The notes under the pieces were generated by a model. That model saw only the letters and a list, made by a program, of their open reading frames with translations. It was not told where the DNA came from and did no database searches. A DNA stretch of 64,000 bases from Octopus sinensis (taxonomy: Eukaryota): assembly GCF_006345805.1 (NCBI RefSeq), contig NC_042998.1, positions 159,960,001-160,024,000 on the forward strand, given 5' to 3'. This document shows positions 1-11,120 of this stretch, piece after piece. The first letter of the stretch is position 1, and each line of letters begins with the position of its first letter. The translations under genes were made by a program, and so were the position numbers.

Positions 1-75
1 TTGTCATGCAGTGGAACTGAACCCAGAACCACGTGGTTGGGAAGTAAATATATTACCACACAGCTATGTCTGCAT
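1..75 (-). mobile_element. 5' head fragment of the abundant tRNA-derived SINE family (window edge)
   Basis: Reverse complement matches the head seen at 4493 (ggctgtgtggtaa...ggttcagt). Confidence 0.7.
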
Positions 76-771
76 ACTTTCATTTTACTCCTTAATATTT
101 TTGAATATTTCCCTTTTGGTATATAGAAGTTGCAGTTTCACATAATTTATAAGCAACTGTGAATAACATTCACCACTTCATTTAAGTCCATATTTGATGT
201 TCAAAATTTTTCTTGATGTTTCTTGGCTAAATATTCTCTCTACATGTGGTAAAATTAGAAGTATTAAAGTCTAGAGAAATGTTCAAATGGATTTTACCCA
301 TTCGAATACCCCTGCTCATTAATACTTAAATCCAGAATGAAACTGACTGACATTTGTGCCCATTGTACTTATAAGAATATTTTCAATTAAACATTGAAGA
401 CTGGAAATTAAAAATTAAGGAAGTAAAATAGCATATTGAAATATCGATGGACTTTCGGATACTCCACTGAAATATCTATATGGATAATAGATAACGAGAA
501 TGTTGTATATTCTACTGTCTTACAATGACTAAAATTGATTGTGTTAGTTATATTTTATAGCTTTTATTTACCATAATAGTTTACGCATTAAAATTCGTTT
601 TTTTTTTCTTTTGTTCTTTTTATTAATTATTTAAAACCCTTTGTCATATGGACTAGTCATAGGTGTAGGTAACAAGCTTTGTATGTGGAGTACAGTGTTT
701 AAGATTGTATGTAATAAATTAAAAGTATTTGAAAAAACGTTGATAAAAAATTAATGACTGCTAAATTTAAA

Positions 772-1889
772 GGATCTTTTCGGTTTGAACGGCAGTTTGT
801 AACATAATTTCTAGGAAACTAAAAGATTTTAAACTTCGTATACTGGTAGAATGTGTTTATAAAACATCATTTTTTTTCTTGGCTTTATTGAGAAAATTCT
901 ATAGTTTGTAAGATATTTCATCTGAAAATCCGAGCATTTCGGCAATTTTAACCAATCGATTACCTCTATTCAACTAAAATCATTTGCTGCGTCTAAAACT
1001 GAGACAGCATCCTGTAACTAACCTAACCCTAATTTTTTTTTCTTAATTGTTACGAGTGTGAAAAAACCCGAAAGCAATGGAAAATGATTTAAACAATTAA
1101 CAAACAAAATAATTCTATAATTTTATACACACGCTTTCCGTACGTATACGGAAAACGTGTGTATAAAACCCGAAAGCAATGGAAAATGATTTAAACAATT
1201 AACAAACAAAATAATTCTATAATTTTATACACACGCTTTCCGGAAAGTGTATAAAATTATAGAATTATTTTGTTTGTTAATTGTTTAAATCATTTTCCAT
1301 TGCTTTCGGGGTTTTTTACACGCGTAACAATTAAATTAATTTAACAATTAAGAAAAAAAAAATTAGGGTTAGGGTTAGGTTGAGGGGTAATGTCTCAGTT
1401 TTAGACGCAGCAAATGATTTTAGCTCAAAAGAGAGCATAGGATTAGTTAAAATTCGAAAAATTAAACTACGTTAAACAAACAAATTACAATTTTCTCAAG
1501 AAAGCCAAGAGAAAAAAATGTTTTATTTTGACACATTCGACCAGTATACGAAGTTTTAAAGTGTTTAGTTAAGTAGAAATTGTCTGCCATTCAAAAGGAA
1601 AAGATCCGTATCTTTTTATCACAAATGTAAATAAACCCAATCTTTTCTTAAACGAGGGACATATTGATGACGCACAGAATGATTTCACCTCAATGGACGG
1701 TCAGCGATTGGTTAAAATTGCCGAAATGCAAGAAATTTTAGACGAAATATGTTACAAACTATAGAATCTTCTCAATAAAGCCAAGAGAAAATGATGTTCT
1801 ATAAACACATTCTACCAGTATACGAAGTTTAAAATTTTTTAGTTACCTAGAAATTATGTTACAAACTGCTGTTCAAACCGAAAAGATCC
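772..1889. mobile_element. Non-autonomous foldback/MITE-like DNA element with ~185-bp TIRs and 8-bp TSD
   Basis: Left arm 772-958 (ggatcttttcggtttgaac...) is the reverse complement of 1705-1889. aatttaaa flanks both ends (764-771, 1890-1897). Internal palindrome and a second diverged right arm at 1391-1607. Confidence 0.85.
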
Positions 1890-2534
1890 AATTTAAAAGT
1901 ATTCGTCCAACGAATATTTCGAATTTATGACGATATTCAAGTGTTTCAAATTTTTTCATGCAGCCTAAATTTAGGGGAAAAAAATTCTGAATTAAATTAA
2001 CAAAAAAGCGCTAACTTTCACTCTAAATTGTGATAAAAAGCACTGAACTTGTATGGGGCGAGTAACTCCTTGAATTTTTTCGTTGAAAATAGTAAACAGG
2101 TACTAAATTTAAATGCAAAAAGCACTAAAATAGTAAGTCTGATTCTTCAGCCTTCAAATCGCTATGGTAGTACTGGAGCACCTTCGATCAGGGTTAATTG
2201 GGGCTAGGCAACAATAACGGATGTAAATAATCTGCCAATGTCATCATAATATAATCATTCAATATTCGTATTTCTCCATACAAAGAACAACATATAACCT
2301 CATCATCCTTCGACGTAACAGATTCGCAATTTTGCCTATCCGGACCACGAAAACATTTACATCACGTCGTGATAAAAGAAAAATGTTTTAATTCTTGAAA
2401 AATAAGTGTATAAACTGTTGAAACTATCTTTTGATAATAGACTTTATTATCACTAGTATGGTAGAAGTTATTAAAGATATCACTAAAGACACTAGGAATG
2501 CACGTTCTTATTACGTTTGCTATCGCTCTCAAAC

Positions 2535-2569
2535 ATGGATACGCTTGCAGTTCAAGTGATAAACCTGAC
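2535..2569 (+). CDS. Candidate first coding exon of an unrecognised small gene (MDTLAVQVINL-)
   Basis: aaacATGG start context followed by consensus donor gtaagt at 2570; no homology recognised. Confidence 0.25.
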
Positions 2570-2707
2570 GTAAGTCTCCTGGGTGGTAGCAAAACTACAG
2601 GAAAATAGCAGCTTGCACCACAAGATAGGACATTTAAACACTCATAAGGTGTCTAAAGTAGACTAAATCTCGTGAAATGACATTAAACTGTTTTAAATAT
2701 TTAACAG

Positions 2708-2785
2708 AAGACATGGACTACTATGTATTCTGAAGAAGGGTCTCACTAAGTATGCAGATGCTCTACTTAGGTTCATTCCCTTGGG
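2708..2785 (+). CDS. Candidate second exon (RHGLLCILKKGLTKYADALLRFIPL)
   Basis: tttaacag acceptor, gtaggt donor, 78 nt, phase 2-2, open frame continuing exon 1. Confidence 0.2.
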
Positions 2786-3511
2786 GTAGGTAGTTATCAC
2801 CAGCGTAGCTAGAATGCGTGCCACCCGGAGTGACCCTTCCGTTTGCTGCCTCCAGACCCCACAAAAAACATTCCCTACAGCAGGCCTAAAAGTACTCCCC
2901 CGCCAAATACGCTAGTGGTGGTTATGTAAGATTGAACTTTGGTGCTACATAGATGTTCGGTGTTCCTTCTCGTTGAATGCTTTTCTATCTGTTGCTTACA
3001 TGTTCATTAACATAACAAATTCACCAAAGTTATAAAATATTCGTTCGGTGCCTCTTGAAACATATGTAGTACATAAATGCCTATTCTTCTCCCTTCACCC
3101 ACATACTTATCGTATAATAAGCAACTTTCGTTGCTATATACTGGAGTTGTTATAGTGGCGGACATCTTATCAGAATTTATATCTAATTCGATATGGAACG
3201 AAGTGTACTGAATACATTGATTGATAAACTTTATTGAACGATTATCATCTACTTCGTGTTATCTATACAAGCGATGTCTATGTTTGAGACTAACCCACTG
3301 TTAGTATCATACTATTCTGGATCTTACTGTATTTATTCATGAAAGCAACTTTTTTTTATTTATGGTTGCTATGATAGATCTAGGTCACCTTTATATACAG
3401 CTGCAATGAATGTATAATTGTACATAGACTAATTATATGTTATATGTAAATGTATTTATAGGTGGAGGTGTTGCATGTAGATATCTGTTTGTGTGTATGT
3501 GGTGTGCAGAT

Positions 3512-3700
3512 GTCATCATCATCATCTTTTAACATCCGCTTTCCATGCTGGCATGGGTTAGATAGTTTGACTGAGGATTGGCAAGCCAGGATACTGCACT
3601 AGGCAATCTAATGTGGCAAGGTTTCTACAGCTGTATGTCCTTTCTGACGCCAACCACTTCAAGAGTGTAGGGGTGCTTTTTATGTGCCACCGGCATGGGA
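3512..3700 (-). mobile_element. RTE-LINE 3' tail / derived SINE, diverged
   Basis: Reverse complement of the ...ttaggaagggcatccagctgtagaaac...ccatgctagcatggaaagcggacgttaaa(gat)n tail seen at 33120-33290. Confidence 0.75.
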
Positions 3701-3928
3701 TCCGAGTACATTGTCTGTATACAACTTTATGTACATATTACAGCAAAGTCATATGCATGTGTATGTACACAACATGATCAGAAGAGAAGTGCATTGCACA
3801 CACATGTATGTATATTGCTTTTTCACTTCCTTGAAGTTCATCTGTACAAAACAGCTGGTTTCTAAAACAAAAAAGTTTCTTGACAGGTATTTAAATAACA
3901 ACACACAAAAGTACATCTTTAATTTCAG

Positions 3929-4055
3929 AAATGACTTGCATATGTTTACTGTCCAACTTCAAGCTGAATTTATGCAATATGTATTAAAGGGTCTCTTTCT
4001 TTGTGAAAAAATCCCAACATTTTCAAGGATATCCCTTAAATACTTATTAACATAA
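3929..4055 (+). CDS. Candidate terminal exon (NDLHMFTVQLQAEF...KYLLT*)
   Basis: ctttaatttcag acceptor, phase compatible with the previous candidate exon, AATAAA near 4383; no homology recognised. Confidence 0.2.
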
Positions 4056-4492
4056 CTAAGTGCACCAATGTTTTATCACCCTCATCTAATGTCCATTCTC
4101 CATGACGACATGGGCTGAACATGCTTAAATGTGTTTGACATGCTGGCGTGAATGAATTCAAATGTAAATTTATGATCTGGGGAAACAAAATGTACAAACG
4201 TTTCTTTTGGCTAAATTCCATCTCCATATCAAGTATTTGTTTTCAGCTTTGTATATATTTCCTATGCAAACATTTTGCTCATTAACAAACTGCTAGTTAC
4301 ATTGGTGTTCTTTGCTATTGTAGATCCCTAGCATATGACCATTTGGTTTTTGTGAAAGAAACTTTATTGAATTTAATATCAAAATAAATAGAATGACAAA
4401 TAGATTGCCTCTTTGGAACCTTTTTTTATGAAAGATTTATAGTATTAGAAACATTTGTGCTTGTAGTTACAAAACTGAAGATGGTTGACCAA

Positions 4493-4626
4493 GTGGCTGT
4501 GTGGTAAGAAGCTTGCTTCCCAATCACATGGTTCCAGGTTCAGTCCCATTATGTCTTGTACTATAGCCTTGAGCCAGTCAAACTTTCTGAGTGGATTTGG
4601 TAGACAGAAACTGAAAGAAGCCCATC

Positions 4627-4663
<37 letters not shown>

Positions 4664-4870
4664 TATGTCTTTGTCCCCCATCTCCCCTTTGTCAACCCGT
4701 GCTAATTTGTTTATGTCCCCATAACTTAGTAGTTTGGCAGAAGAGACCAATATAAGTACTAGGTTAAAAAAAAAAGAAGTTCTAGGGTCAATTTGTTCAA
4801 TTAAAAAACCCTTCAACATGGTGTTCCAGCATGCCCACTGTCAAATGACTGAAACAAGTAAGAGATAAAG
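4493..4870 (+). mobile_element. Full-length tRNA-derived SINE with internal (TA)n
   Basis: Head ggctgtgtggtaagaagcttgcttccc with B-box-like ggttcagtccc, internal (TA)n, tail ...gtcaaatgactgaaacaagtaaga; several copies in the window. Confidence 0.85.
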
Positions 4871-5284
4871 GACAAGTTTTTGTATGCCTTTCTATAGTGT
4901 AAGTATTACTGCCAAAAGTAGCCATTTCAGCAATCAGGAGTAAGGTCTAATGGTAATCAATCCATATTGTTATAAAGTTTCTGCATCATTTGCTTTTACA
5001 TCAAGCTATACAGCTTTATTAATTAGAAATTATCCACACACTCCCTTTTCACCATCTGCCTGATTACCAATTACTACATTGTTGAAATTGCAGTCATTTT
5101 GGAGGCACTGGGTGAAAGCTTGCGTAAATTTTCAGTGTTTAATAAATTTCATACTCTGTGTTTATTGTAATTGATGTCTATAGTTTTATAATAGAATATT
5201 TACATTTTACATTAAAATTTAATAAGGTGGTCTATCATATCAGTAGTTATTTTATTTTCCACCCATCCACAAATATATATATAT

Positions 5285-5657
5285 ATTCTTTTATTCTTTT
5301 ACATGTTTTAGTCATTTGACTTTGGCCATGCTGAAACACTGCCTTAAAGGGTTTTAGTCAAAGAAATCAACCTCAGGACTTATTCTTTGTAAGCCTAGTA
5401 CCTATTCTATCTTTTGCCGAACTGCTAAGTTACGGGGACATAAACACACCAACATTAGTTGTCAAGCAATGGTTGGGGGACAAACAAAGACACACACATG
5501 AATATATACATAATCGTTTAACATCCGCCTTCCATGCTGGCATCGGTTGGATAGTTTGAGACAGGAGCTGGCCAAGCAGGAGACTGCACCAGACTTGTGT
5601 GTTTGTTTTGGCATGATTTTTACAGCTGGATACCCTTCCTTACACCAACCACCAGCA

Positions 5658-5732
<75 letters not shown>

Positions 5733-5890
5733 CAAGGGCTTCTTTCAGTTTCTGTCTAACCAAATCCACTCACAAGGCTTTGGCCAGCCTGTGGTTATAG
5801 CAGAAGACATTTGCCCAAAGTGCCACATAGTGGGAATGAACCCAGAACCATGTGGTTGGGAAGCAAGCTTCTTACCACACAACCATGCCT
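5285..5890 (-). mobile_element. Same SINE family on the minus strand, split by an RTE-tail insertion (5513-5650) at its internal microsatellite
   Basis: 3' half 5285-5500 and 5' half 5725-5890 match 4493-4870 in reverse; the intervening sequence matches the RTE tail plus (TA)n(TG)n. Confidence 0.8.
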
Positions 5891-6149
5891 GCACCTATAT
5901 ATATATCATGTGACAATGTTTATTTACTCTGAAAATTAAAGCTGACATAGTCGATTGAACATGTCGGCTGACAGTCCCAAACAACCAAGACTAAATTTAA
6001 TCTATCCAGTGGTAGAATGAACAGAAATTGTTTCTATGTAACCCAGTGGCTGAATGATTATGATTTGTATCTGTGTACATAGACATAAAATTTTGTTCTC
6101 TACAGGAAGAAGTCATGATTGTGCCCAAAGTTTAGGTTGTTAGCTGTAT

Positions 6150-6835
6150 AAATTCATGTCAAGTGGCAGAATGAATAGTTGTTGGTGAATATTTAAGAAA
6201 GTTTACCCAGTCTTGGTTTGTATGAATATATTTTGTTTGTTGATCCGTGCTTGGTCTGTGGTACTGACTCAACAAAGTAGGAAGACTTATTTTTCACACA
6301 TATGTCTATGTGTCCATCAAGTGGGATCTGTCTAGTACTGGGGTCTCATATTTGTTGATAATGAATAGTCAGTATATTTCTGAGAGTGAGATTTGTTTGA
6401 CCTATATAATCCACATTACATCCTTTACATTCAATAGCAGATATTAAATTTTTTTACAAACAAGTAAAAAATTTTTCTGGTTAAAATCTGTCCTGATTTA
6501 AATTTATATATTTTGTCTTCAGTGAGGTTGATGCAAATTCTGCAATTAGGGCAGCCACACTTTTTGACTATTGAAGTGGGATTTGTGGAAGGCAATTTAG
6601 TGCTGGTGAGTAGTTTCTAGAGGGATTTTGAGTGTCTTTTGCTTTTGATTATTTTGTCTATTTCAAGCACTTGTTTCATTCTTGGGCCTTGTCTCAATAG
6701 TGTAATGTTCTGGTGGACAATGTTGTAAACCTCTGTGTTTTTGGGGTTGCATGTTGTAATAAAGGCTAGAGTACTGGGTATATCTGAACTGTATTCTGCT
6801 TTTTGTATTCTTGAATATCTATTGCTTTGAAACAC
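6150..6835 (-). pseudogene. Penelope-like element linker + GIY-YIG endonuclease remnant
   Basis: Minus-strand translation AFITTCNPKNTEVYNIVHQN...IIKSKRHSKSL*KLLTS...CGCPNC...NLISAIECKGCNVDYIGQT...H.QQI*DPSTRQIP, typical of the PLE C-terminus, with stops. Confidence 0.8.
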
Positions 6836-6854
6836 TATATATAAATATATATAT

Positions 6855-7150
6855 CTGTAAATATAATATGTGACAATTATTTGGTAGCCATGATAAAGCT
6901 CCAAGTTTCGGATGTTGGGACGGAAACCCTTTCAGTTATCCGGCCATTGAAAAAATGCATTTTTTCGATGGCCAGATAACTCAAGAGATGGCAGCATGGG
7001 TTTCTGCCCCAACATCCGAAACTTGGAGTTTTATCATGGCTACCAAATAATTGTCACATATTAATTATATTTACAGATGAATTCCTCTATTTACATAATA
7101 TCGAGGTCTCTTTCATTCTTTTGTTGTCTTACCATTTCTATCAAAATATA
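6855..7150. repeat. Penelope pseudo-LTR in inverted duplication
   Basis: 6855-6947 is the reverse complement (with a deletion) of 6968-7075; same family at 20195-20775 and 26850-27140. Confidence 0.75.
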
Positions 7151-7449
7151 TATATATAGCTGATGTTATGAGAATTCTATAAACTTTCTAGAGAACATGA
7201 ATTCTTTTCTGAAATAATAGTTCTCAAGCCATATTACATACAGCTGTATAGAAAAGCATGTAAATATTGAGTTGAAATACACATGCACAAACACTAGCAG
7301 CAGTGTCCAGACTTGCTCCGATTTGTATAAAGTAGCAGAAAAAGTCTAACAGCCTATGCTCTCATGTTTCTAAAGATGTGGCCTGTTACAAAATTGCAAT
7401 TACCAAGATGCAAAAATAGGGAATTCATTTTAACATATGTATATCCACT

Positions 7450-8420
7450 TTTGGAAAGCTTGTGTTGTAGATTTGAGTCATGCTGAATAAACTGAAATGT
7501 TAATCAGACAGATGTGAAAAGTTGCTGTACTTGAACAGACTCCAACTGGTGTTTTACCTGAAGCTGTATATATACGTGTAACTTATCAAAACTCTTTTCA
7601 AAGTCAATGATAAAACTAAAAGGCTCTATTATATTGGAATTTAGGGTCTAACATAGTAATGACATCTCTTTGGAATTTCACAAAATAAATAAGTAAAAGA
7701 TAAAAAAATAATATAAAAATAAGATTACCCTAACTGTGCCAACAGAATTCCTTACCTCAGGAACTACATTAAGATTATTCACAATGAAATTTACCTTATA
7801 TGCAGCACAATGAACAAATGCAGCTTTTGTATATTTGCTCTTTATTTTAGCTTGCACTTCATCTTCCTTTTCTGCTATAGAAGAACAACCATTAAATCTT
7901 TGGCAAAGTAGTTTTCTAGATTTAACCCAAATTTTGTAAATTGATGAATGATTTCATTGGCAAAGGAGATAGCAGCAAATTCACTTAGTGTTGCAAAGCC
8001 AAGGAATTTCTCTTGGATTATATTATCAGATTTATGCCAGGTGACAATTGCTCCTTTCCAGATTTATCAGCCCCATTATCAGCAATTATTGAAAATCCAG
8101 ATGAATCCATATGAAATGCTAACCACAAAAAATAATATTTCTCCCTTAAACTTTCTTCACACAATTTGATATTCCTTTTCCACAGACAGAAAATATTAAG
8201 CAACCCAAGAATTTTCCAAATGATTTTGCAGTGTCTTATCTCCTGCTTTAATGCAAAGTGTATAGAGATTTTGTACATTTCTTTGGTTTTCTTTTCTTCC
8301 CCATGAAAAGTGATATCATGAGAACTACATAATAAAATAGACAGAAAAAGAGGAATCAGCTGGACTGTATATACAGAGAGGACATTTAATTTTCCTTTAC
8401 ATGCAGTGCTTGTAAGAAAA
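7450..8420 (-). pseudogene. Decayed hAT-superfamily transposase (ZMYM1/DUF4371-like)
   Basis: Minus-strand peptides FSIIADNGADKSGKEQLS, IQEKFLGFATLSE, VQAKIKSKYTKAAFVHCAAYKVNFIVN (CxxH-type motif), with frameshifts and stops. Confidence 0.85.
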
Positions 8421-8429
8421 CCCATAATA

Positions 8430-8960
8430 TACAGGGTGTGATGAGTAAATTGTTGCCATTTTATATTTTTAATTTCATGCATGTGCATTGTTAGTTTTTG
8501 ATTTTGTTGACTACACAGTATAGTAGGGTCAGTTGGGCACTGTCTGTGAGAAAAACAGCACCAAGATGCAATTCACTCTGCCAGAATTTTGGAAATGACA
8601 CGCTGTACTGCTTTGCATTCACATCGGAAGCTCCAGTACCAACATTTCAATGTTTAGGTGTCAATATAAGGACATGTACAGAGAGTGATAAAAATCAAAC
8701 ATTCAGTCCACATCATGGTGTTTGGAGTGATCATGATGTTATGCCTCCATTCATCTTCCCACACGGCCTCAGAATCAACGTGGAGGCCTACATCAAGTGC
8801 CTGGAGGAGGTAGTACTGCCGTGAGTCAAGAGGGTGGCTGCTGGAAGACCCTATGTCTGGCAACAGGTATTTCAAGATATTTTTATGTAATTTTGATAAG
8901 TATATCTGTTAAAATGAGATGTCAATGTTATTTTCATTTTTGCATAATTTAGACAACAGT
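8430..8960 (+). mobile_element. Internally deleted Tc1/mariner element
   Basis: Starts TA-cagggtgtgatgagtaaatt. Encodes DVMPPFIFPHGLRINVEAYIKCLEEVVLP. Both ends match the copy at 16652-17550 in reverse. Confidence 0.8.
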
Positions 8961-9374
8961 TTTTACACTGAAACAAAACACTAATAATGTACTTGTAATT
9001 TATTAATCAAACTGTCAAGAATGTGCTATTCTTGTATATATGAATTGGTTAATCCAATTTACTTAAGGATTTAGTAAGAGAGTTTTGTGCCACTGATGAA
9101 ATCTCTCATGAAACTGAAATTAGTCTAACTGCTCCCACATTTTCTGTCCACAAAACTATGTAGTAGATATAGAGACAAGATGTCTCCATTTGTCTAAGCA
9201 GAGTATTGGCTAATTCTGTAGTATAGTATAGTATGTGTGTGTGTATGTATGCATGCAGGAATGAATAAACTAGAAAATTTTGTTTTTATAATTCCATGTT
9301 TCACTACAGTATAGGAAATACGTTACAAATATTATTATTATTATTACTATTATTTTATTATTATTAATGTGGCT

Positions 9375-9585
9375 GTTGCCAGCCTCCCCTGGCCCCTGTG
9401 CCGGTGGCACGTAAAAAGCACCATGGAGTGGTTGGCGTTAGGAAGGGCATTCAGCTATAGAAACACTGCCAGATCAGACTGGAGCTTGGTGTAGCCTCCT
9501 GGTTTCCTAGACCCCAGTCAAACCGTCCAATCCATGCTAGCATAGAAAACAGATGTTAAACAATGATGATGGTGATGATGATGAA
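9375..9585 (+). mobile_element. RTE-LINE 3' tail / derived SINE with (GAT)n end
   Basis: gtggttggcgttaggaaggg...ccatgctagcat...gttaaacaatgatgatg. Confidence 0.8.
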
Positions 9586-10514
9586 TAAGGTGGCGAGCTG
9601 GCAGAAACGTTAGCACGCCAGGCGAAAATGCTTAGCAGTATTTCGTCTGCCACTACGGTCTGAGTTCAAATTCCGCTGAGGTCAACTTTGCCTTTCATCC
9701 TTTCGGGGTCGATTAAATAAGTACCAGTTACGCACTGGGGTCGATATAATCGACTTAATCCGTTTGTTTGTCCCTTCTGTGTTTTTAGCCCTTTGTGGGT
9801 AGTAAAGAAATAGGTATTTCGTCTGTCTTCATGTTCTGAGTACAAATGCCGCTGGGGTCGACTTTGCCTTTTATCCTCTCGAGGTCGATAAAGTTAGTAC
9901 CACTTACGCACTGGGGTTGATGTAATCGACTTAATTCCTTCCCCCAAAATCAAGGCCTTGTGCTTCCAGAAAAAAAAGATTATTAAGGTGGCGAGCTGGT
10001 AGAATCATTAGGATGCAGGGTGAAATATTTAGCGGTATTTCATCTGCCGCTACGTTGTGTTCAAATTCCGCCGAGGTTGACTCTGCCTTTCATCCTTTCG
10101 GAGTTGATAAAGTTAGTACCAGTTGAATGCTGGAGTAAATGTAATCGACTCATCCTCTCCAACAAAATGGCTGCTTTTGTGGCAAAATTTCAAACCATTA
10201 TTATTATCAAGGCGGCAAGCTGGCAGAATCAATAGCATGCTGGAGAAAATGCTAAGCGGTGTTTCGCCCGTCGCTATGTTCTAAGATCAAATTCCGCTGA
10301 GATCGACTTCGCCTTTCATCCTTTCAGGGTTGATAAATTAAGTACCAGTCAAGTATTGAGGTCGATGTGATCGATTGTCCCCCTCACAAAAATCCAGGTC
10401 TTGTGTCTATAGTAGAAAGGAGGAGGAGGATGATGATGATGATTATGATTATTATTATTATTAGTAATAATAATAATAATAATAATGATGATGATGATTA
10501 TGATTATTATTATT

Positions 10515-10555
<41 letters not shown>

Positions 10556-11120
10556 TGATGATGATGATGATAATATTAATGGGCGAAATGCTTAGTGGCA
10601 TTTCGTCTGCCGCTACATTCAGTGTTCAAATTTCGCCGAGGTTGACTTTGTCTTTCATCCTTTCAGGGTTAATAAAATAAGTACCGATTGAACGCTGGAG
10701 TCTATATAATCGACTCATCCTCTCCCCAAAATTTTAAACCATTATTAATCATTAAGGTGGCGAGCAGGCAGAATCGATAGCACGCTGGACAAAATGCTTA
10801 GCGATATTTCACCCATAGCTACGTTCTAAGTTCAAATTCCGCCAAGGTCGACTTTACCTTTCATCCTTTCGGAGTTGATAAAATAAGTACCAGTGGAACA
10901 CTGGAGTTGATATACTTGACAGAATAGTTAGCACACTGGATAAAATGCCTCGTGGCATTTCGTCTGTCTTAACATTCTGAATTCAAATTCTGCAGAGGTC
11001 GACTTTGCTTTTCATCCTTTCAGGGTTGATAAATTAAGTACCAGTTGTGTACTGAGTTGATCTAATCAACTGGCCCCCTCCACCCAAATTTCCGGTCTTG
11101 TGCCTATAATAGAAAGGATT
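9586..11120 (+). mobile_element. Head-to-tail cluster of about seven tRNA-derived SINE copies
   Basis: Repeated taaggtggcgagctggcagaa (A-box-like)...gttcaaatt (B-box-like)...cctttcatcctttcggggtcgataaa...agtaccag units starting near 9586, 9815, 9985, 10209, 10580, 10753 and 10920. Confidence 0.85.
10425..10575. repeat. Compound (GAT)/(ATT)/(AAT) microsatellite, internally duplicated
   Basis: Read directly from the sequence. Confidence 0.95.

Noticed and set aside
1363-1380. TTAGGG repeats suggesting an interstitial telomere or telomerase template
   Set aside because: Fewer than three units, located inside a foldback transposon.
4036-4170. Minus-strand exon-like segment (DHKFTFEFIHASMSNTFKHVQPMSSWRMDIR*)
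   Set aside because: The acceptor is plausible, but I found no recognisable homolog or linked upstream exon.
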